Made by a program: the position numbers and the translations under genes. The notes under the pieces are model-generated. The model made no database searches and was not told the DNA's origin. It worked only from the letters and a program-made list of their open reading frames with translations. A DNA stretch of 61,942 nt, filler included, from Jimgerdemannia flammicorona (Eukaryota), in NCBI GenBank assembly GCA_003990765.1. It is 3 parts of 3 records of this genome, joined end to end, with 100 filler letters (N's around TTAATTAATTAA, not from the genome) between each part and the next. Parts side by side here need not be neighbours in the genome. Positions count along the whole stretch, not along the records: positions 1 to 20,583 come from RBNJ01001645.1; positions 20,684 to 41,265 come from RBNJ01001646.1; 1 more part is not named here. One strand, given 5' to 3'. The stretch's first letter is position 1. Each line of letters opens with the position of its first letter. This document shows, piece after piece, positions 11,985-25,000 of this stretch.

Positions 11985-14600
11985 TGAGCCCCACTAAGAC
12001 TTCAGACATATACATGCCCAGATTGTCTCAGTATTGAGAAAGAAAAAAAAAAAAAAAAAAAGATTGTCTCAGTATTCAGTACACACCTCTTTGGGACAAT
12101 GAGATCTACCCTACCTGAGAACATCTGCTTGATGGGAGCACTAGAGGCAGGAATCACCAGATAGTTCTGAGCCATACCATACAGGCTGGGGAAGTCTGTT
12201 TGATGCAGCTATACACCCTGATGGATAAGAGCAGTGGTTAGATTGGTAGGTTAAATTGGCCCAATACCTACCTAACAACCCACCTTCCACTAGTTGAGCA
12301 CCTCTATGCCCTCCAGCAGAATCACACAGTCACTGGTGAGGTAAATAGTAAGTTCATCTATTAATAGCAGCTCTTTCACTGATGACTCCCTCTTCCTCTT
12401 CTACTGAAGTAAATGTAGGATAAGAGAGATCCCTCAGTATATTTATTCAGACTTTGGCCAGAATCTTGTAGCAGTGTATAGTTTTTCTGGTATACTTCAA
12501 TTACAGCCTGCTTGGTTCTCTCAATGAAGTACTACTCCCAGCTTTGATATTTATAGTATTGTAGTTTTAAGTGTAGGTCCAGCACTGTTTAGAGAAAAGA
12601 GAGTGAGTTTTTGCAAAGGATTCTCTGTTTTGGAAGGGGCAACAGCTACACACTAATATATCTGTACTGATTGAGTATATGGCAGTATCTGTTTTGGAGT
12701 AGTATTTTCTGAGCTTATATAGAGCAATCTCTACAGCATCTCTCTGATCCAGGCTTAATCATAAATTACCACAACTCTCTAATCTATTCTCAAGCTTGTC
12801 CTCTAGCCAATCAATCAGAAGGTTGTATACTGATATTGTAGAGCTTATTGTCAGGGTCATTTGTTTGACTATATCCTTCATACAATTGTCAAAATACTGA
12901 CAGTTATATGTGGTGAGGTGTTGCATTATATAGAGGCAGACAAAATGAGTATAGAGCCAGAGCAATCACCACTTACTCAAAACTCTGACAACATTCCTAA
13001 GTACATCTCACTCACTTTCACCTAGAGCCTTGCCCCATATTTTCTTATCAGTAGCTATTATTAAATCTATTGGCTTTTTTGTTTTTTTTTTTTTTTTAAA
13101 AAAAAAAAACTTTAATTATCTGAAACAAATTGCTTCAGCCAACTGAATTTATACTACAGCAAACTCCAGCATATGCTGGATCATTACAAATATTGAGTTC
13201 CAATGTATACAGACATCTAATATAAGCTCTTTCAGGGCTAAACTGATTGCTCTATACTGTGCAGCGAATTTGTCTCATCATTATAGAGATGATCAGATCA
13301 ATACAACCAGTTTGCACAGCTTGGAAATTATACTCAGGGCCCCTCCTCTCTCGAATGTTTTGTCTACATACATAAGATAGTCCTGAACAGTGAGGTTCAG
13401 TATGTGGGCCTAGCATTGTATATGATAGCTTTCTATACTAAAGATTACATTTTTCTATTTGAGACTGGCTACTAAAACTTAGAAAAATGTTGAGTTGTTT
13501 GTGGCATTGTCTGTTATAATGGTCAAAATCTATACTTGAAATATTCAGTTGGCAAATTTATGCAAAAATAAATAACCAATAAAATCTGTTTTGTTTTAGA
13601 ACCTCTCTCAAAATGCTGACCTGATGGTAAGCCCCCCTTTTTTACCTTAGTTGTGATCCCAAGCTTCTGGATACAACTAATAAAAGTATCTGTAATGTTG
13701 TCTCTAGAATGAGGGCCAGCAAGTTTGATGAAGTCAAGGGTGAGAGATTTAAGCTGCTAATTGAGATCAATCTAATGACCAGTAATACCCAGAAACAAAA
13801 TTACATTAGAGGATATCTATGTATAAATTGTAAATGAAATTTTGCCTACTGAATTCTGCTTATTGAATGTGAAGTTAAATTAGTGAGCTCTTTATAAAAA
13901 TATATATATATATAATTCAGCTTGCAAAGGTCATGGTACTGCTCTTATTTTACCTGAAGTATCTGGCAGAGATTGTCATACTCCTTCCTATAGGCCTCCG
14001 GGACATCTTTGCAAATAGTATTAGTACTTGGCAAATATAAATCATGCTTGAGGAGGCCAAAGATACTATGTAATTGATCACTCTCAATAGTTGTGAATGG
14101 CTAGTCTGTGTATACAATCTAGTGAATAAGTCAATTTCAAAATTCTGCCAAAGAGTATGGTTAAATATTTTTGATTAAATGGGGTTATTGATATAGAAAT
14201 AGTTAGACAATTTGGATAAACATATCCACTATAGCTTGGATGTTGATTTTATTTATCTTTGTATTATTTTTGATTTTGTCAGAGTGCTTGTCTTTTATGT
14301 ATCAATATATATTTGAAGTTATACCACTAAGCATTTTGAACTTCTGGCTGATGCAGTTTATGGGGGTAGATGAAACAGTATCATGTATATGTAAAACAAA
14401 AGTATCAGTTATATCAATAAGTGCATCTTAATTTTTTACCTATAATAGTTACAAATAACATCATCTTCTGTCTTAGTATAATGTTACCAGATTTCAGAGT
14501 GAGGATTGTATAGAAGGTGTGGAACTATCAGGGATGTTTAACTTGAAGCATCATCAGTACTATGAACTGTTGAAGACTGATCTGTCAACATGTGTGTTTG
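11985..14600 (-). pseudogene. hAT transposase (BED finger, catalytic core, C-terminal dimerisation domain), decayed and intron-containing
   Basis: Minus-strand motifs in order: SEIW*HY...ICNY (about 14450-14500, BED); ISFTIYT*ISSN..FLGITGH*ID (about 13770-13840); ILTIITDNATNN (about 13495-13530); HIQC*AHILNL (about 13390-13425); DVCIHWNS (about 13195-13220); MAQNYLVIPASSAPIKQMFS...ETI/ACICLKS (about 11995-12175). Confidence 0.92.
12020..12076 (+). mobile_element. Minimal 5'-truncated retro-insertion (GAGAAAG plus poly-A) with a 16-bp TSD
   Basis: AGATTGTCTCAGTATT occurs at 12020-12035 and again at 12061-12076, flanking GAGAAAG(A)18. It interrupts the hAT dimerisation domain. Confidence 0.85.
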
Positions 14601-14679
14601 TATATTTGTATATACATATATATGTTTACATGTATGTATATTATGTATATAAATATATCCAGTATATGAGTTATGTAGA

Positions 14680-14965
14680 GGATTCAGATTAGAGGATTTA
14701 GTTGAAGGATTTGGATGAGGATTCAGATTGAAGGATTTGAATTGGAGAATTTGAATTGGAGGATTCAAATTGGAGGATTTGGATTAAGTGATTCAGATTG
14801 AGTAATTTAGATTGAGTAGTTCAGATGGAGTGATTTGGATGGAGTGATTCAGATGGGTGATTCAGATGGGGTGATTCAGATTAATCTAAGTTGATTCAGA
14901 TAGCTTCAGATTTGAGATTTAGATTAAACCATCATGTGATGAATCGAATTCAGATTTGATTCAAA
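14680..14965. repeat. hAT subterminal short-repeat array (GGATT/GATTC units)
   Basis: About 25 decayed GGATTCAGATT-like units just inside the right TIR. Similar units occur at 8625-8740 and in the MITE ends. Confidence 0.8.
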
Positions 14966-15689
14966 TTGACTCATTTGGAGCACTACTACTAAGTCTCAGA
15001 AATACAAAGTGATAGTAAATTCAGATACTGATTTCTTGAGTAATAGTACTGTCACCAGACCTATTATACCATCAGCCAGATTCCTAAACCTCATGCTCTC
15101 CCTCCTGCCCAGTCCCACCATTAGCTATTATATGTATCTGAATTTTTTTCTAGATTAGCAGTCTCTTCTATCAGTAGTCCTGCTTTTCTCAGTCTCTACT
15201 CTCTCAGTACTGCCACTACTACTATAGGCCTCTCCACTAGGCCCTGCAGTCCCCTCCTTCTCCTTGCCCTTTTGTAGCTATCTCTTCAATCTAGTCATCA
15301 GATGTCCTATCTTGATCTTGTTAGTAAAACTCATTCTCCCTAGTCTCTATTTGCTAGTCTCACCTCTTCTACCTTCTTATCTATCAGAGAGAGTACTCAA
15401 TAGGCTTACTCCCAAGCTATGACTCCTCTTTACATACTGTCAGTCAAATGTACTGAGATCACCCTGCTCTATATACTTCTCAAATTACTTGTCAGTTACT
15501 ATATTATTATCACTTTTTTTCCAAAAATGATGCTGAAAGTATTGTCTGAAGTTTGTATAATCTGAATTATACTAGAGAAAGATATCTAGGCAGATGTCTT
15601 TTATACCTTACTACTTTTAGATAATCTCTAACTACTACTCAGAAGTCTCTAAGAATATCATACTTATCTAGTGAATATTTAGATATCTG

Positions 15690-18600
15690 TATGAAATAAT
15701 ATCAGCTCTTTCTGATATATCTCACATTATACAAATATATATCAACTACTTTTATATCATTTTTTAGAGAAATGTCTTAAGAATATATCCTTGAATTAGA
15801 GTTCTACAGAGTATACTAGGTAGGGCAACCTCAGTGCATTCAGCTGGCAGTATGTGGGGAGGGGTCAGAGAGCAAGGTTGGAGATACTAAGTACTTTGTC
15901 AAAAGGAAGAGGTGTCAGTAGCAGTGAGAGAGGAGGTATAGTATAGTCAGAGAGAAAGCAGATGAGCTTTGTTGAGAAGGTTAAGCAAGGAGGTATAGCA
16001 GTAGACTGGATAGATGGCTGTAGAGTAGTAAGGAGAAGGCTGCAGCTGAGAGGCTGGGAGGAACTCTCTTAGAGATATCAAGTGGTAGGACTAGTGATAT
16101 AGTGACTGGGGGTGTGATTGCTGATAGAGTAGTGACTAGTAATCTGGAAAAAAAATCCAGATATAACTACTGATGATAAGGCTGAGAAGATGGGGCCTGA
16201 ATGGATAGGAGATCTAGCAGATGGTATAATAGGTCTGGCAGTAGCCCCATTACTCAAAAAGTCAATCTCAGAGTTCATAGTCACTTTGTGCTTCCAGGAC
16301 TTGATAGTGATAGCAAAAATGGTCTTGAGGTTAATTGCTAAGTAGATGGGTGGTATGGTATCTGTGAAGTTTCTGAGGAATTTAGAAGGGATAGAGGTGG
16401 ACTTTGAGAAGGCTGGGCTATTGGAGAATATACTGAAGGCTGGGCTGATTGTTGGAGAGATATATATATGTCCTAATAGCATGATGCTTGAGATGGGACC
16501 TCAGGGTAGTACAACTTCTGGTAAAAGAAGTACCTACAATAACTATTGTAGAGATGAGGAGGAGAGTTGAGGAGATCATGGCTGAGTATAGAGAGGTGGT
16601 TGATGTTTGTTTTTAGGTCTGAGAAGAGACCTCATTCAGGACAGGGAATATTGATGTCCAGATTCAGTTGGCTGAGAGGAAGGCTACCAGAAAGACTTAT
16701 GATTGACTGTCAGTAATAGTGTGGAGGACCTTTATATATAAGGTGATGAGAGTGAAGGGGAGCAAAGAGGAGGAGAAGGATTTGTTAGAGATGCTGGAGG
16801 GATTGAGTGGTATAGTAGAGCAGAGGACAAAGGCTTGGAAGATATATGTAAAGTTGACATATTGTGAGATAATGGAGAGGAAGTATGTCTGCATTGATAA
16901 GAGGCTGTGAGAGAGGTTCTAAGGATGCAAGAGGTAGAGAGAGTTGCTGGTGAATCTGGAGGGAAAGGCAAAGAGGGATGCTAGTGACATTGAGGATACT
17001 GAGGGAGTCAAAGTGAGTGTCTGGGCCAGCAAAGGTGGGAGAAATGTAAAGAAGGTTTCAAAAGAGGCCAGAAAGGTGCTAAGCAACAACCTGTATGCAG
17101 ATAGTATATTTGAAGTCTGGAAGGATATCTCTCCTCTTATCAGAAGGGGTCCAGTCTTGAGGGGCCAGGTGGTGGAGGATGTGCTTATACAAGGAGCCCA
17201 GCAAGTATACTTTAGAGTTCCTGAGGTAGTGAATAGGGGATAGGTGGTGGCAACTAGTAAGAATGAACTAGTGGATGTCTTTGAGGAGGAGTGAGATGAG
17301 ACTGCAAGTGCAGGGGCCAATACCCTGATGCTGGGAGAGGAGAGACCAGTGACTCTAGGTGGGAAGAAGGTGGGAAACTACAGTGGATGTGTTGGATAAT
17401 AAATAACTTGATGGCTGAGGAGTTGGTTGAAGTGGACCTGAGGGTGCTTAGTGATGATCAATAGATATAAATCTTGTATAAAGATAGAGTAGTAGAGGCC
17501 CTGAAGGTAGAAGTGCTTGCAGTTTTCTTAGAAGAGAAAGGATATAAGATTGATAAGGTAAGAGAGACAGAGCTAGCAGTTGTTGCTGGAGAGTAAACTG
17601 TCCTCTAGTGAGTGGAGAGATATAGATTATAGCTCTGGCAGAAAGTCTGCTTGAAGTATCATAAGAACTTTGAGGAAAAAAAAAATAGAGAGCTGGCTAA
17701 ACTACTAGTGAGATTGGAGGCTAAGAGGGTTGAAGAGGAGAAGGTAGCTATTGAACATAATTTAGACTTGACACAGAAGAAGATAAATGTGGAGCTGTAG
17801 AAAATATACTTGACTTTTAATATTACTTTCTATAAACAGTACAACCAACATTTTTTCTTTGAATATGAATAGGCTATGGGGTTCAGTTTGATGTCAGAAC
17901 ATTTTTACTTAGCTGAAGAGATTAGAGGCTAATCTCTTTCTTTTGCAGAATGTTAGATGTGAAGATGACTTAGGTAAACTAGATTGGATGAAGAAATAGA
18001 GAGGTGAGGCAGTTTGGAAGAGCAAGGTTGGAATTTTGGTCTAGAGAAGCAAAGGAGAGATACAGGGTGTAAGGAGCTAGAGCAACTGACTGGTTTGGGA
18101 AAAGTGGAGTCAATCAGATTGAAAGCTAATAATAGTGGGTTCCTACTGCTATATAGAGTGAGTGGGTGGAGTAAGTAAAGGATCTCTGGGAAAGTGGAGC
18201 CCTCGCAGAGACTGGAGTAGATATTCTTAGAAGAGACTTTAATATGGTCAGAGATATACTAGTAGATAGAACTGACAGAGAGTGGGGGACTGGAGGTTGG
18301 AGTAGGAGTCTGGAGATATGGAAGAAAGTAAAAAGATTGAGTTCTCTAGTGAATACTGGCAGAGGGTTCTGGGGAGATAAGAGGATTTATATATACTGGA
18401 CAAATGGTCTGAAGATAAGAATTGACTGGGTACTGATGGTGGACTATTGGGGTTTGGATATTTGGAAGTCACTGGAGACTGAGTGGTATCTATGATCTGA
18501 TTATTAGAGACTATTGAGACAGGGTCATTTCAAAGAGGGCCTGAACATTAGTATCTCAACTCCTCTCTACTAGTAGAGGGGGGGCTATAAGACAGATGGA

Positions 18601-20583
18601 TTACAGATATTTAGTAGAAGATTAGCAGTTGGATCTGTGAGAGCTTTCCTATAGATACTTATTGAGGGTGATTGAAGGAAAATACCAGAGTTTACTGAAG
18701 AGAGACTGGTCAGAAAGTGGGAAGATAGAGAAGGGGGAGAGTGTATTGGGTCTTTAGTAGACTTGCTCAGCTACAGAGAACTTAGGCTGAATTGCTGAGC
18801 TTAGAAGGGGTTGATGATTGGAGGTTAATATATGCCAAACTAGAGATAGTAGAGCTGTAAACTATCTTAAGAGAGGAGGAGGAGTTGTGTATGAAGGAGA
18901 TGTTTGCTTAGTTATAATAGCAGGGGTTAGAAGAGAGGAAGAGGCCCTCTAGATATCTTTCTCAGCTGCTTTGAGCCAGATAGGTAAAGCAGAGGTAGGG
19001 TGGCATGATTGATTCAGCAGGTATAGTTATTCATAGTATTCAATAGATCCTAGGCTCTCTCAAAAAGCAATAGAGCAATTTGTAGAGTAAGGAGATTGGG
19101 GGTATTAGTGCTGAGAACATTGAGCTTACTCTGGAGGACTAGAATCTCCCTCCAATAGATGGTATTGAACAGCTATCCTGGCCAGTTCAGAAGGAGGAGA
19201 TTTAGCAAATCATTTTTACTATAAAGTCAGATATGACCCCAGGTAAGGACAGACTCTTTCGGGATTTCTGGAAGTGAATGGTGAGAGTCCCTAGAGTTCT
19301 TGGTGAAATAGTGATACTGTGTAATTATATTCTCTTGACAGGGAGGTGGGTTGGCAAGCAGGATCTTAGCTTGGTGACTTTACTCTACAAGAACAAGAGT
19401 GATAGAGAGAATTGAAGGAACTGGAGGCTGATAATGCTCCTGAATATAGACAGAAAGTTAGTTACTAAGGTGATAGTGGCTCACCTGCAGTATATGACCC
19501 AATAGGTGCTAGATAAGGAGTAGTATGGCTTTGTTGGAGGTTATCTCATTCACAATAGTACTACATAGGTGTATGATATTATAGAAGGGGCAAGAACAAG
19601 TAGTCTGGATGAGAGGCTGGTTTTTTTTGGATTAAGAAAAGGTCTATGATCAGATGAGGTATGTTTGGCTGGGTAAAGTGCTTGACAGAATTAAGATCCC
19701 ATAATAATTCTGGATCTTAATAGTTAGCTTACTAGAAGGTAATAAGATAGCTATCTTATACAATAGTTATAGGGGTGTGATATTCCCCCTAGGAAGAGGG
19801 GTTTCTCAAGGAGATCTATTGTCTCTCATCCTCTATACTTTCTCATTGCAGAGAGTGGTAGAGTTTTTAGTATTCAGAGTCATTTAGAAGGTAGGTGCCT
19901 TTGCCAATGATATGGTGGTAGGACTTAGCTCTATAGCTGATATGGCAGTATTGAGGGAGGTAGTGGAGTAGTATGAGGTATATTCTAGTGTGAGGCTGAA
20001 TTTGTATAAGTGCAAGATAATAGTGCTTGAAAATAAAGTGATGGGAGAGGACATTATTGAAACAATTGTCCCAGCTAACAAGACTGTATGATACCTTAGA
20101 GTTTATCTATTGGTATATGGATCTGTCCTGATTAGAGTCTAATAGGAGAGCAGGGTCTCAAGTTAGAGTGAGACACTTTAGAGCTTGAGTAGTGGGGTAT
20201 TGGGGATTTCCTCTCACCTCATGTGTAAGTCCTTTACTCACCTTGACTGGGAGAACCAGGCCCTACCCACTATGTTGTACTTTGATGAGAGTTTTTTCTT
20301 TGCCTGTTATTCTCTTTGGGGTGGCAGGGGCTATTCTATTCGGCTTGGGCATGGCCTTGTACATACATTGGATTCTCAGGCATATGCTTTCAGTTGTTGG
20401 TGTATGGTTGGGTTTCCCCTGGTGGTAGGGAGAGCATGGTGCGCAGAATGAGGTATAGGCCTAATTGGCCCTACTGTGCCTGGCATGATTGAGCTGCTGG
20501 ACAATAGCTAGCCTAGGTTAATGGGGGGGCAGTGCTTGGTGGGTGGTGGGGGAGGGTTTTGGCCTATATAGTCTAGGTTCCCT
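15690..20583 (+). mobile_element. Tx1/L1-like LINE copy 2 (ORF1, endonuclease, RT), internally deleted after RT and running into the gap
   Basis: ORF1 is homologous to copies 1 and 3 (e.g. SVKFLRNLEGIEVDF). RT motifs NWRLIMLLNIDRK (about 19420-19460), GVSQGDLLSLILYT (about 19797-19840) and AFAND (about 19897). 20190-20583 is the reverse-complement homologue of the copy 1 3' region (3300-3600). Poly(A) after the gap (20684-20708) may be its tail. Confidence 0.88.
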
Positions 20584-20683
20584 NNNNNNNNNNNNNNNNN
20601 NNNNNNNNNNNNNNNNNNNNNNNNNNNTTAATTAATTAANNNNNNNNNNNNNNNNNNNNNNNNNNNNNNNNNNNNNNNNNNNN
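20584..20683. other. Assembly gap with TTAATTAATTAA linker
   Basis: N run with a central six-frame stop linker. Confidence 0.98.
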
Positions 20684-20708
20684 AAAAAAAAAAAAAAAAA
20701 AAAAAAAA

Positions 20709-22010
20709 TAGAGTGATCTGATTGGAGTAGTGTGATACTAATCTGAATTAATCTACTTCTTGACTACTATTTGTACTTCAGAATTAGAAATATAGTCTAA
20801 AAATTTCTAATTGACTATGGTTGTTATTTCTGAGGTTCTGATAAGACTAATTTGACTTCAGACAAATATGTTAAATCTATGATAGCTATAGAGATTCCTA
20901 AGGTCTGGATAGTAGTTTCTAAATATCTCATATAGGTCCTAGTAGATTTGGTCTATAAGCTATTGATTGAGGTCTTGATTGGTATTTTCATGAGTCTATC
21001 TAGTCCTAATAACTGTAGTAAAGTGGGTCCTAGTTTATAAGTCAATTCTTGAATTATCTATAGTTGGTTCTAGGTTTTCTTCTATTTAAGATTAGATCTA
21101 GATCTAACTTATAGAAAGGTCTTAATACTATCTTGATTTAAAATTTTACTACTATCAAGTTATAATAATACTTATTTCAATCTCTCTTATACTTAAATAA
21201 TAAAGGACTTGATATATATATATATCAAAAAGCCTTTCAATTGTTCTTTTACTTAGTAATATTTACTAAGATTGAGAAAGTACTATTTCTTTATAGCAGA
21301 ATAAAGATATTGTCCTTCTTCAGTAACCATAGTTATAAGGGACTTGTTCTTGCTATATAGACTGAATTTCTTATAATATAGATTTGAAGAAGATTTATTT
21401 TTAGATTTATATATTAGTTCTAAAGATAGCTAGACTTTTAGAGTTTAGTCAGAAATACTAGAGTAACTTAGAGTTCATTACTAAAGAACTCAGAGAAGGA
21501 CATATAGAGGGAGATTTATACTTAACTAAAAACTGGTTTATTTTAAATACAATTGCTGAGATATTTATATATATTGGCTAAGTAATATTTTATAATTTTT
21601 TAACTAAGTATATATAACTAATTTGGTATGTAACTGCTTTAGTTGTTTATTTGCAAAATAAATAACCTTTATATTCAGAGCAATTACTTTTGGATTTGTA
21701 ATTAAGGCAAATACTTTTAGTAATATATTGGTTAAGTAATATAGTTGTTGCAATACTAGTATAGGCTCTAATATTCAGGGGTTTTGATATCTCATTTTTT
21801 GTATTTATCTTATTTATCTTATTTATCTTTTCATATTTTATATATTGCTTATTCATAATATCATCACTGGATCATATGATCAATATTCTTGATATGTTAT
21901 AGTGTAATTTTTATTATAATATCTATAAATATTAGAATTATGACTAAAGGAAGTCTGGGACAGACTATTTATTAGTAAGAGCTAATGTAATAAGTAAATA
22001 CTATAGTATA
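20709..22010 (-). mobile_element. Very old, AT-rich LTR-retrotransposon-like remnant, probably continuing after LINE copy 3 (34485 to about 35000)
   Basis: About 21400-21480 shares TTTAGATTTATATA...GAGTTTAGTCAGAAAT...AGTAACTTAGA with 39640-39730. Extreme TpA enrichment. Confidence 0.35.
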
Positions 22011-25000
22011 TATCTTTCTTAGCTACTATATAGATTATATAATAAATTCTCAATACTTTTGACATAGTTTTCTAGAGAAACTACTAGCAATATCATCAAC
22101 TTGAAACTTGAAGGAGTGTGCTAGGCAGCAGAGCCCTAGTATATTTAACTAGCAGTATGTGAGGAGAGACTATAGTGTGGGGGAGAGCCCCAGGGATACT
22201 CATGTGAGTGAAGGCAGAGCTGAAGGGAGCAGAAGGTCAGGAGGGGGGCTGAGGACAGAGACTGAGCTTTGCTGACAAGATTAAAGCAGAGGGTATATCT
22301 GTAGAATTAGATAGATAACTGAGGAGAGAAAAGAGAAAGATATCTGCTACAGGGTCTGGAGGAGCTGCTCTGGAGGGCCAGAGTAGTAGAGCTGGTAGAG
22401 TAGTGACTGGAGAGAAGAGAGAGACTACTGATAGTAGTGTGATAGCTAATCTGAAAAAAAATCCAAATGTGATAGCTGATGAGAGGGCTGAGTTAATAAG
22501 TGATATAAGGTCTAGTGATTTAGTAGATAGTGTAATAGTTCTGATGATAGTATTATTACTTAAGAAATTTGTATCTGAATTTATAGTCATCTTATGCTTT
22601 AGGGGCTTGGCAGTTATAGCAAAGTTAGTTCTGGGGCTGCTGATCCAACAGATGAAGGAAACAGCCTCAGTGAAGTTCCTATAAGAGCTAGAGAGGGTAA
22701 AAGTGAGATTTGAGAAGGAGAGACTTATGCTAAAGATACTGGAGAAGGAGGTGACAGTTAGAGAGGTGGTGGTCTCAATGGTAAGATATTTAAGATAGAA
22801 CTCCCAGATGGTTCAGCTAGTGGTAATAAATATTTCTATATTAAGAAGAGAGAAGGCAAAGAAGCTGATTGTAAATATAGTGAAGGAGTATAGAAATATA
22901 GTAGATGTCAGTTTTAGAGTATAGGAAGGAATGGAGTTTAGAACTAGTGATATAGATATTAGAGTATAGCTGACTGAGAAGAAGAATATAGAGAAGGTGA
23001 GAGACTGGCTGGTAATATTATAGTAGAGCTCAGTTGAGTATAAAGTGTCTAGAGTAAAAGAGATCCCAGAGGAGGAGAAGGACTTACTGGAGACTCTAAA
23101 GGATCTTATAGAAGTAGTAGAGTAGTGTAGAGTGGTCTGAAAGAAGTATGAAACTCAAATTATAGTGGAGATTATTAATGATAAGAGAGTATAGCTGGAC
23201 TGAACTATATGAGAGAAGGCTCAGGAGAGATAGAGGTAGAAGAATCTTCTGGCAAGCTTAGATGGGGGGCTGAAGATTGCCAAAGGTATAGAAGGAATAG
23301 AGATAATGACCAGTATCTGGGCTAGAGAGGAGATAGTTTAGACGGAGTGTTGGAGTTAAGAGAGACTGTGAGGAGACTGAGGTCACAGTTATATTAAGAT
23401 TCCAAATATAGATCTGGAGCTCAAGCTACAGAATGTATCTGAGGAGTTCTGAGATAAGTTAATAGGGGCAAGTGTGGTGAGGGATCAGAGGATAGAAGGG
23501 CAGTTAGTGGACCTAAGAGAGGAGAGAGTTAGTAGTAAATAATATACTGATGAATATGACAGCTAATAAATTGAGGAAAGTCAACTTCTAGATAATCAGT
23601 GAGATATATTGGGAGACTGTTTTGAGGAGAGAAGGGGTGTCTTATAAGCTATAGGATGAACTAATAGTAGCTCTGCTAGAGATGAAGAAGTATGAAGTAG
23701 ATGAGTATAGAGAGGCCACTCTGCTGAAAATTGTAGATAAGTGTATAGTATATCTGTGGAGACCAAAAAAGAGTCTGGTAAAATAGCAAGTAGTATATAA
23801 GAAGTATCAGATAATGATGGAGGAGTAAGATAGAGAGAACTGTCTTGAGGTACTGATAGTATTGAATGCTCAACAGGAGGTAGAGGATGAACTGGTGTCT
23901 AAAAGAAATTTGAATTTAGCTGGTAATATAGTGAGCATAAAGCTGTAGGTTGGTTAATACTGTCATAAATTATTTTTTCTATAAACAGTATAACCAGAAT
24001 ATTCACTTTAAATATTAATGGTCTTACTGAAGAGAAGAAATATTTTCTCTTGACTAAAAGGGATAGAAGCAGACCTATTTCTACTATAGGATATAGAGAG
24101 TGATAGAGACTTAGACATACAGAATTGAACTCAGGAATGAGGAAGAGTGGTGGTATAACAGAGCAGAGTGAGTATGCTTATTTGTAAAGAATAGAAAGAT
24201 ATTATAAAGATCAGACATTGGGGAGAGAGACTGGTATAGAGGACTTGGAGGAGGCAGAGATAGGACCTGATAGTGGTCAGATCATACTACTACTCAGTAG
24301 AGAGAAGGACTTATATAGATTAGATTGCTAGACTATAGAAGTTAGATGAACTAATTATAGTAGAGATTGACTGTCTGAGAGGAGACTTCAATATAGTCTA
24401 GAATAGGACAGTAGAAAGGATAGATAGTAAGAGGAGACTGTCTGGAAGGAGTAGTGAACTGGATAGCTGAGAGGAGATTGAATGACTTGGCTCTTTTGTG
24501 GATGTAGACAGGTAGAGATAGGTGATCACTGGATATATATACATATATTGGATAGATAGATCTGACTCCAGGATTGACTAAATCCTAACTACTGAGTACT
24601 AGGGAGATGATGTCTGGAAATTATTGAAAGTTGAATAGTATCTCTAGTTATATTATTAGAATCTTCTAGAGTAAGAGAGGTTTGAACAGTATAGAGAGGG
24701 GTCTAAACATTAATATCTGAATTCTGCACTACTGGATGAGCCTTTATTATAAGATGCTTGGATGGTAGACATTGGGTCTAAGATACTTATTTGAAGGGAG
24801 AGAGGTCTTACTATTGGTAATTAGTAGTATAGGCTAAAGTCTGATGCTCAGCATTTCTAAAAAGAGATAGAGAGAAGAAGGAGTACCTAGTAGAGAGAGA
24901 GGGTGCAGTAGGTCTTATGTAGATTGAAAAGACTCTTGAAGAGATAGGCTGATCTATAGGAGACTAAAAGAATCGAGATTTAGAGAGTTCAGTATGCTCA

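Larger units (their letters stand above)
8611..14985 (-). mobile_element. hAT DNA transposon (6375 bp) with transposase and a cargo gene
   Basis: Left terminus TAGTATTCCAAAT, right terminus ATTGACTCATTTGGAGCACTA. Perfect 8-bp TSD CTACTAAG at 8603-8610 and 14986-14993. GATTC-type subterminal repeats at both ends and hAT transposase motifs inside. Confidence 0.93.
3184..15620 (-). mobile_element. Tx1/L1-like LINE copy 1, split by the hAT insertion at 8611-14985
   Basis: Poly(T) at 3184-3200 is the 3' tail. Minus-strand RT motifs FLDQEKxYxRV (about 5400-5435) and GDPLSLILYTL (ORF 5151-5393). ORF1 sequence is contiguous across the hAT TSD and matches plus-strand copy 3 at 22560-22640. The 5' end (about 15.6 kb) matches the 5' ends of copies 2 and 3. 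Confidence 0.88.

Noticed and set aside
11325..12015. Overlapping ORFs on both strands
   Set aside because: By-products of GC-rich tandem repeats; no domain signal.
14538..14768. 76-aa ORF at the hAT end
   Set aside because: Made from subterminal repeats and TA/CA microsatellite.
3169..15632. TSD for LINE copy 1 (AGATGATTTCTTAAC vs AGATAATCTCTAAC)
   Set aside because: Needs two substitutions and an indel in AT-rich DNA; suggestive only.
20584..20683. TTAATTAATTAA palindrome inside N runs (also 41266-41365)
   Set aside because: Identical in both gaps and gives stops in all six frames; an assembly linker, not biology.
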